Positions 24,154 through 29,151 of a DNA stretch of 29,151 nt are shown here, piece by piece. Below the pieces are notes generated by a model. It made no database searches and had not been told where the DNA came from. It saw only the letters and a list, made by a program, of their open reading frames with translations. This DNA comes from a virus. Its lineage: Duplodnaviria > Caudoviricetes. The stretch spans positions 1 to 29,151 of IMG/VR virus record IMGVR_UViG_3300034096_000408. The stretch is one strand, 5' to 3'. A program made the translations under genes and the position numbers. The number at the start of each line of letters is the position of its first letter. Within the stretch, counting starts at the first letter, position 1.

Positions 24154-25937
24154 CTGAAATAATTACACTACAAACCGACGCGAGCGGAGCGGTTACAGGA
24201 ATAGAGCAGGTAACCGAGGAAATGAAGAAACTCGATACTGCTACTACTCAAACCGAGGAAGCTACAAAAAGTTTAAAAACTCAAATTCGTGAAATGACGA
24301 ACGAGCTTTTAAACATGGCAGAAGATGACCCAAGAAGGCAAAAGTTAATAGAACAACTTGGGGAAATGAAGGATAGAGCGGCAGACGCAGCCGACCAAGT
24401 TAAAGGAAATACAGGTCCTGCGTTTGAAAGCATGAGTAACACCTTTGGCATTATGACGGGCCAACTAGCTAACTTAGATTTTGACGGGTTAGGGAAGTCG
24501 TTAACTCAAGTAGGCGCAGCTGTAGGTAGAGTAAATTTTAAAAGTTTAATGACCGAGCTTAAAGGCTTTGCTCAGGGAATAGGTAGCCTAGGAAAAGCTT
24601 TACTTACTAACCCAATTTTTTTAATAGGTTCAGTAATAGCAGGCGCCGCTGTTTTAATTTCTCAGAACTTCGATAAGATTATAAGCTATTTCCCACAAAT
24701 AGAAACGGCTTTAACAGGAATAAATAAAATAGATAAGGAAGCGGCTAAAAACGCACAGCTTCGCGCAGATGCCTCTAAAAAGTCGTATGAAAGTATAACA
24801 CTAGAAGAAAACGCCTTAAGATTACAAGGTAAGAGCGAGAGGGAAATATTAAATTATAGACTAGCTAAACTTAAAACAACTATTGAGGATGCAAAGGTAA
24901 GTTTAGAAACGACTAGAAAAAATAGTGAGCTCCAAATGGAAGCCGCACGAAAACACGCGGAGACTATAGCCAAAATTGTAGAAATTACTAGCTTCCCTAT
25001 TTTAGTTTTATTAGACGGTGTCGACCAACTTAGGCGCGTAATGGGGGAGACTTCAAACCTAGCCGACGATTTTAAGAAGGGAATGACTACGTACGTTTTT
25101 GATGTTAACCAGGTGGAGCAGTCTTGGTCTAAAAACCTTGGTGAAATGGAGCAGGGCATTAAGCAAATGGAGAGCGACTACGCAGGGCTGCAGTTACAAA
25201 TCAGACGCATGGACCAAGAAGCCGCTAAAAATAGAAAAGCGGATAAAGACAAAGAGAAAGAAGAAGAAGAAAAGAGAAAAGAAGATGAGCGAGAAAAGGA
25301 GAAACAACACGGTGAGCAAATTGAAACTATTAGAACCTCACAGGTTCAAGGAGGTGAAAAAGAAAGGCAAAATATAGTTTTTAAGTCAATTACAGATAGA
25401 CACCTTTACGAACAATATTTAGAGGAGGAGAATGCTAAAAAATTAGAGGCTATAAGAAAACAAAATTTAGAGAACTACATTACAATTACAAGTAATGGTT
25501 TGCAGGCTCTAGGTGACGTGGTAAGCGCTTTTAATATTAAAGATGAAAAGCGAGCGAAAAAACAATTTCAGATTATGAAGTCTATACAAATGGCGGCAGC
25601 TATTATAGACACCTATAAAGCTATTACCGGAGCGCTTGCGGATCAGACGCCTATACCTTACTATATGAAAGTAGCTAACGCTGCTATAGCAGGAGCTACA
25701 GGCTTTGCACAAGTCGCAAAAATAGCGCAGACGAATTATAATAGCACAGGTTCACAAGGTGGTAATAGTGGAGTTAATGCAGGCGGTGGTAATAATATGC
25801 CTACAGCTCCTGCGGTAGACTTTGGTTTTTTACAGCAAACTGGACAGCCTAACACAGTAGAGACTTACGTACTTGCGGGCAACGTAGCCAACGCGCTAGA
25901 GGCTCGACAAAAAATAATAGATCAGTCGTACTTGTAA
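24144..25937 (+). CDS. Tape measure protein
   Basis: Long helical/coiled-coil Ala/Gly-rich protein with LLTNPIFLI..VIAG TM-like segment, K/E-rich stretch and AIIDTYKAIT..QVAKI C-terminus. Confidence 0.8.
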   Translation: MAVTEIITLQTDASGAVTGIEQVTEEMKKLDTATTQTEEATKSLKTQIREMTNELLNMAEDDPRRQKLIEQLGEMKDRAADAADQVKGNTGPAFESMSNTFGIMTGQLANLDFDGLGKSLTQVGAAVGRVNFKSLMTELKGFAQGIGSLGKALLTNPIFLIGSVIAGAAVLISQNFDKIISYFPQIETALTGINKIDKEAAKNAQLRADASKKSYESITLEENALRLQGKSEREILNYRLAKLKTTIEDAKVSLETTRKNSELQMEAARKHAETIAKIVEITSFPILVLLDGVDQLRRVMGETSNLADDFKKGMTTYVFDVNQVEQSWSKNLGEMEQGIKQMESDYAGLQLQIRRMDQEAAKNRKADKDKEKEEEEKRKEDEREKEKQHGEQIETIRTSQVQGGEKERQNIVFKSITDRHLYEQYLEEENAKKLEAIRKQNLENYITITSNGLQALGDVVSAFNIKDEKRAKKQFQIMKSIQMAAAIIDTYKAITGALADQTPIPYYMKVANAAIAGATGFAQVAKIAQTNYNSTGSQGGNSGVNAGGGNNMPTAPAVDFGFLQQTGQPNTVETYVLAGNVANALEARQKIIDQSYL

Positions 25938-25938
25938 A

Positions 25939-26103
25939 ATGAAAAAAGCAAATTTTCCACTATTAAGAAAGGCTATTAAGCGAGGTACTCTAATAGGATT
26001 AGAACGCATAGAGGAATTAGATATAACTAAAGAGGAGGCTATAATAGGGGAAATAACCGAGGCAATTTTAGAACAAATAGAGGAACTATACAATTTTGAA
26101 TAA
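25939..26103 (+). CDS. 54-aa hypothetical protein (MKKANFPLLRKAIKRG...), not in ORF track
   Basis: Exactly fills the gap between tape measure and protease. Confidence 0.7.
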   Translation: MKKANFPLLRKAIKRGTLIGLERIEELDITKEEAIIGEITEAILEQIEELYNFE

Positions 26104-26694
26104 ATGAATAACGAAGTAAAAGTAATTGAATATGGGCTAGGTGATAACGACGAGTACGGAGTATACGCCATAAGCCTAGTAGATGAACCTGCTATAGAGG
26201 TAGACTTTGTAGCATTGAATAAGGACCGCATTTTATTAGCGCGCGTTCAAGACGGTGAAAAGCGAATGTTATACGGCCCTGCCTTAATTCCTAACCAAGC
26301 TATAGTTCGCTTCGATAAGAACGGACAAAAGTATTTTATTAAATACTCGCCTGAGACTATAGAGAAAACTGCGCAGGAATTTCTTAAACGCAATTTACAC
26401 CATAACCATACGGTACAGCATGAGCTACCGGTAGCAGGTCTAACAGTTGTCGAAAGTTGGATAAAGCAAGGCGCAGACAAAGGGCAAGAGTTCGGCTTTG
26501 ACCTTCCCGACGGCACCTGGATGATAGGGGTTAAGGTAGAAGATGAAAATACTTGGGAAGCTGTAAAGCAAGGCGTACTTAAAGGCTTTTCTATTGAAGG
26601 TTTTTTTGTACCTGAAAAAGAGGAAGTTTACAACGAGAGCGAACTAGAGGCTATTCTAACCTCACTAGTAAACGAAATTGGTGAAATAAAATAA
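26104..26694 (+). CDS. Prohead protease (XkdF-like serine peptidase)
   Basis: AISLVDEPAIE, GPALIPN, TVQH, VESW, GTWM, KGFSIEG motifs. Confidence 0.85.
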   Translation: MNNEVKVIEYGLGDNDEYGVYAISLVDEPAIEVDFVALNKDRILLARVQDGEKRMLYGPALIPNQAIVRFDKNGQKYFIKYSPETIEKTAQEFLKRNLHHNHTVQHELPVAGLTVVESWIKQGADKGQEFGFDLPDGTWMIGVKVEDENTWEAVKQGVLKGFSIEGFFVPEKEEVYNESELEAILTSLVNEIGEIK

Positions 26695-26700
26695 ATGTTT

Positions 26701-26709
26701 TTTACACTA
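26701..26709 (+). promoter_or_regulatory. TTTACACTA motif (copy 4)
   Basis: Upstream of the scaffold-capsid genes (ATG 26728). Confidence 0.55.
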
Positions 26710-26727
26710 TATAGAAACGTAAAAATA

Positions 26728-27333
26728 ATGATCGCTGAGATTTTAAACAAATTCGCCCCATTGCTAGAAAAGCACGGGGTAAAGCTGTCAGCTGTAGAAG
26801 CACCTGCAGAAGTTGCTACCGAAGAAACAAAGGTAGAAATGATGGTAGAGGGCGCACTAGCAGACGGTACTTACATAGCTTCACCTGCCTCTGAATGGGT
26901 GGAAGGTGTAGAAATTTTCGTAATGGATGCGGAAGGAAACCCACAGCCACTAGCAGACGGTGAATACCAACTCGACAACGGTAAAATGATTGTTGTTAGC
27001 GAGGGTAAAATTGCCTCTATTAAAGAAATGGAAACAGAGGTAGAAATTGAAGTAGAAGCGGAAGCCACCGAGCAGTCAGTAGAAGAAACTTACAGCAAGG
27101 ACCAAGTAGAGGCTCTATTAAATAACGTAATTTCTGAATTTTCTACTAAGCTTTCAGCAATGGAAGAAAAGCTTTCAGTAGCAGAGGCTAAAGTAGTAGA
27201 GCTTTCGCAAGCTCCTGCCGTAGCACCTGTTAAACAAAGAGCAGCAGTTCAAACTCAGCAACCATTACAATTAAATCAAATTCAAAACACTGCGGAGCGT
27301 GCTCGCGCTATCGTGGCTAAATACACCAAATAA
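26728..27333 (+). CDS. Capsid scaffolding protein
   Basis: Acidic; PLADGEYQLDNGKMIVV.EG.I domain plus coiled coil; lies between protease and capsid genes. Confidence 0.72.
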   Translation: MIAEILNKFAPLLEKHGVKLSAVEAPAEVATEETKVEMMVEGALADGTYIASPASEWVEGVEIFVMDAEGNPQPLADGEYQLDNGKMIVVSEGKIASIKEMETEVEIEVEAEATEQSVEETYSKDQVEALLNNVISEFSTKLSAMEEKLSVAEAKVVELSQAPAVAPVKQRAAVQTQQPLQLNQIQNTAERARAIVAKYTK

Positions 27334-27352
27334 ATAAAAACAAACAAAAAAA

Positions 27353-28267
27353 ATGGCAACAAATTTAACCATTACTTCAAGTTACGCGGGCGAATTAAGC
27401 CTCCCGTACATTGCGGCTGCTGTCCTTTCAGGTGACACTATCGCGAACAACTACGTTACTGTTAAAGAGAACGTAAAACACAAATTAGTCCTTAAGACTT
27501 TATCTACTACAGGTATCGTTAAGGCATGGGGTTGCGACTTCGATAATACCGGAGCAGACCTAGATTTAACTGAGGCAGTACTTGAGGTTACTGACCTTAA
27601 GGTAAATGTTGAGGTTTGTAAAGACCAATTCGCTAAAGATTGGGAAGCTTTGCAAACTGGCCGTGGCTTTGCTAACGACACAATTCCTGCTAGCTTCGCT
27701 GACTTTATTATCGGAGTTTTAGCTGCTAAAGTTGCTGAGAATATCGAGTACACTATTTGGCAAGGTAATTTCGGAGCTTCTCCTTACACTGCGTTCGACG
27801 GATTGTTGAAAGTAATTGATGACGCTAAGTCTAACACTCCTGACGTTAACTTCCCTACTTTGTCAGCTTCAAACGTAATTGCTCAATTGCAATTATTAGA
27901 GGCTGCTATTCCTGCTACATTGGTTGGAGATGCTAACGTAAAATGCTACGTTAACAAGCAAACTGCACAGTACTACCGCCAAGCTATCGGCACTTTGGGT
28001 TACTTACAACAGTATAACGCTGCTGTAGCTATTCCTTTGACTATCGACGGTTACGAAATGTATGTATGTCCAGGTATTCCAAACGGAACTGCATTGTTCG
28101 CGAAAAAAGATAACCTTTTTGTAGGTACTGACTTAGTTTCTGATTTTAACGAGGTTAAAGTTGTAGACATGTCAGCTACTGACGGAAGCGACAACGTACG
28201 CATGGTGATGAAATTCCGTGCAGGTACTCAGTGCGCTTTCCCTGCTGAAACTGCTCTAGGTTACTAA
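27353..28267 (+). CDS. Major capsid protein
   Basis: Follows protease and scaffold; IWQG..FDGLLK motif; codon usage looks strongly biased by eye; followed by a terminator. Confidence 0.88.
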   Translation: MATNLTITSSYAGELSLPYIAAAVLSGDTIANNYVTVKENVKHKLVLKTLSTTGIVKAWGCDFDNTGADLDLTEAVLEVTDLKVNVEVCKDQFAKDWEALQTGRGFANDTIPASFADFIIGVLAAKVAENIEYTIWQGNFGASPYTAFDGLLKVIDDAKSNTPDVNFPTLSASNVIAQLQLLEAAIPATLVGDANVKCYVNKQTAQYYRQAIGTLGYLQQYNAAVAIPLTIDGYEMYVCPGIPNGTALFAKKDNLFVGTDLVSDFNEVKVVDMSATDGSDNVRMVMKFRAGTQCAFPAETALGY

Positions 28268-28287
28268 GATTTTCCTTTGTTATGTTG

Positions 28288-28319
28288 AAGGGTTGGCGCT
28301 ACGGCGCCGCCCTTTTACT
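28288..28319 (+). terminator. Rho-independent terminator after capsid gene
   Basis: AAGGG-T-TGGCGC-TACG-GCGCCG-CCCTTTT, with a C(UACG)G tetraloop. Confidence 0.8.
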
Positions 28320-28350
28320 GCAAATAATAATAACTTAATACTATAAAGAC

Positions 28351-28896
28351 GTGGCATGTAACGCACTGGCCGGCATGGCTCTAAACTGCAAAGAGGGTAT
28401 AGGTGGAATTAAAGCTATTTATGTAGCTAACTTTTCCGCTATGCAAAACAATTTTACTTTAACCGGTAACGAGGTAGCTACTATACCTGGACCTGTAACA
28501 GTATTCGAGTACAAGCTACCTAAAAACACAGGTAACTTTACTGAGGAGGCCGCTATTAGCATTGAAAACGGAACAGTATTTTATACTCAAACGGTAGTAG
28601 CTTCATTACACGGTTTAACAACTGACCGCGCGCAAGAGCTTCAAACTATTGCAAAAGGTCGTTTAACTGTATTCGTACTAGATTCAAATGATAACATTTG
28701 GATGGTTGGCGGAAATACAGGCGCTGAGGTAACAGCTTTCTCGACTATGACAGGAACCGCTAAAGGCGATATGAACGGGTACACTATTACCTTCACTGCA
28801 GAGGAAAAGAATAAGGCTTATTACCTAACTAATACAGACCCTGCTGACCCATTCGACGATTACGCACAAGTTACTGTAACTGCAGGCACATTGTAA
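28351..28896 (+). CDS. Major tail (tube) protein
   Basis: GTG start; C......CKEGIGGIK..Y, ENGTVFYTQT and TGTAKGDMNGYTITF motifs. Confidence 0.72.
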   Translation: MACNALAGMALNCKEGIGGIKAIYVANFSAMQNNFTLTGNEVATIPGPVTVFEYKLPKNTGNFTEEAAISIENGTVFYTQTVVASLHGLTTDRAQELQTIAKGRLTVFVLDSNDNIWMVGGNTGAEVTAFSTMTGTAKGDMNGYTITFTAEEKNKAYYLTNTDPADPFDDYAQVTVTAGTL

Positions 28897-28920
28897 ATAA
28901 ATTTGTGCTATATTTAAAGC

Positions 28921-29151
28921 ATGGTTTATTTACTAAAAAATACAGCAGCACAGCTCCTCTTTTTGCAAATACAAGAAGGGGAGCTTTTGCTGTCTAATTT
29001 TTATACTGACTACTTGCTCGAATTAACTAACGAGCAGACACTAGAAAAACTTTACTGCATTCCAACAGTCGTAACAACCAACGCGAGATTTACGAGTATA
29101 GAAGTTGGCACGAATGCAAATAACCCAACGTCAGGCAGTTTATTAATTAAC
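28921..29151 (+). CDS. 5' part of the junction-spanning structural gene; 3' 103 bp are a divergent allele of 128-230
   Basis: ATG 28921. Identical to 1-127, then LEKLYCIPTVVTTNARFTSIEVGTNANNPTSGSLLIN versus ...NERYTSIQVGTNANTPLAGSLLID. Confidence 0.8.
   Translation, partial: MVYLLKNTAAQLLFLQIQEGELLLSNFYTDYLLELTNEQTLEKLYCIPTVVTTNARFTSIEVGTNANNPTSGSLLIN

Larger units (their letters stand above)
1..28921 (+). mobile_element. Complete circularly permuted tailed phage genome (siphovirus-like, probable Bacteroidota host, no lysogeny module seen)
   Basis: Terminal overlap 1-127 = 28922-29048. Portal, TerL, TerS, protease, capsid, tail tube, tape measure and lysis genes are all present and co-oriented. 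Bacteroidota-type promoter at 5005-5035. Confidence 0.93.

Noticed and set aside
14859-25377. Nested alternate-frame + strand ORFs (14859-15074, 17808-18041, 25099-25377)
   Set aside because: Fully inside recognised genes; no motifs or leaders.
3387-27753. All minus-strand ORFs in the track (e.g. 3387-3767, 15402-15593, 25896-26231, 27451-27753)
   Set aside because: They are shadows of well-supported + strand genes and have no recognisable motifs.
1-29151. Stop-codon reassignment
   Set aside because: Code 11 gives dense coverage, and TAG, TGA and TAA all terminate genes at sensible positions.
1-29151. Integrase, repressor, tRNA genes or host flanking DNA
   Set aside because: No recombinase motifs, divergent repressor gene, cloverleaf or bacterial housekeeping genes recognised.

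Overview
This window is an essentially complete, circularly permuted ~28.9 kb tailed-phage genome (siphovirus-like). Bases 1-127 recur exactly at 28922-29048. All convincing genes are on the + strand in the standard genetic code. A Bacteroidota (Flavobacteria-like) host is inferred from TTTG-N19-TAnnTTTG promoters and A-rich leaders without Shine-Dalgarno sites. Gene order: portal with C-terminal extension, head-tail adaptor, lysis cassette, early genes (SSB-like, DnaA domain IV protein, truncated replisome organiser), metallophosphoesterase, TerL, VRR-NUC nuclease, ECF-like sigma factor, DNA methyltransferase, ParB-like protein, TerS, tail genes, tape measure, prohead protease, scaffold, major capsid and tail tube. 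I recognised no integrase, polymerase, primase, tRNA or CRISPR array. Main observations: (1) an A10/A_AAA_AAG slippery site at the portal/extension boundary that would make short and long portal isoforms; (2) an unannotated -1 frameshift extension of the tail assembly chaperone; (3) a dense array of unrelated palindromes after terL; (4) several promoter-terminator units that look like small RNAs, one antisense to early-gene leaders; (5) a repeated TTTACACTA motif that may be the phage sigma promoter; (6) DnaA-box-like sites together with a phage DnaA-IV protein; (7) a 48-aa peptide ending like the ribonucleotide reductase redox tail. Functional calls come from motif recognition by eye, with no database searches.
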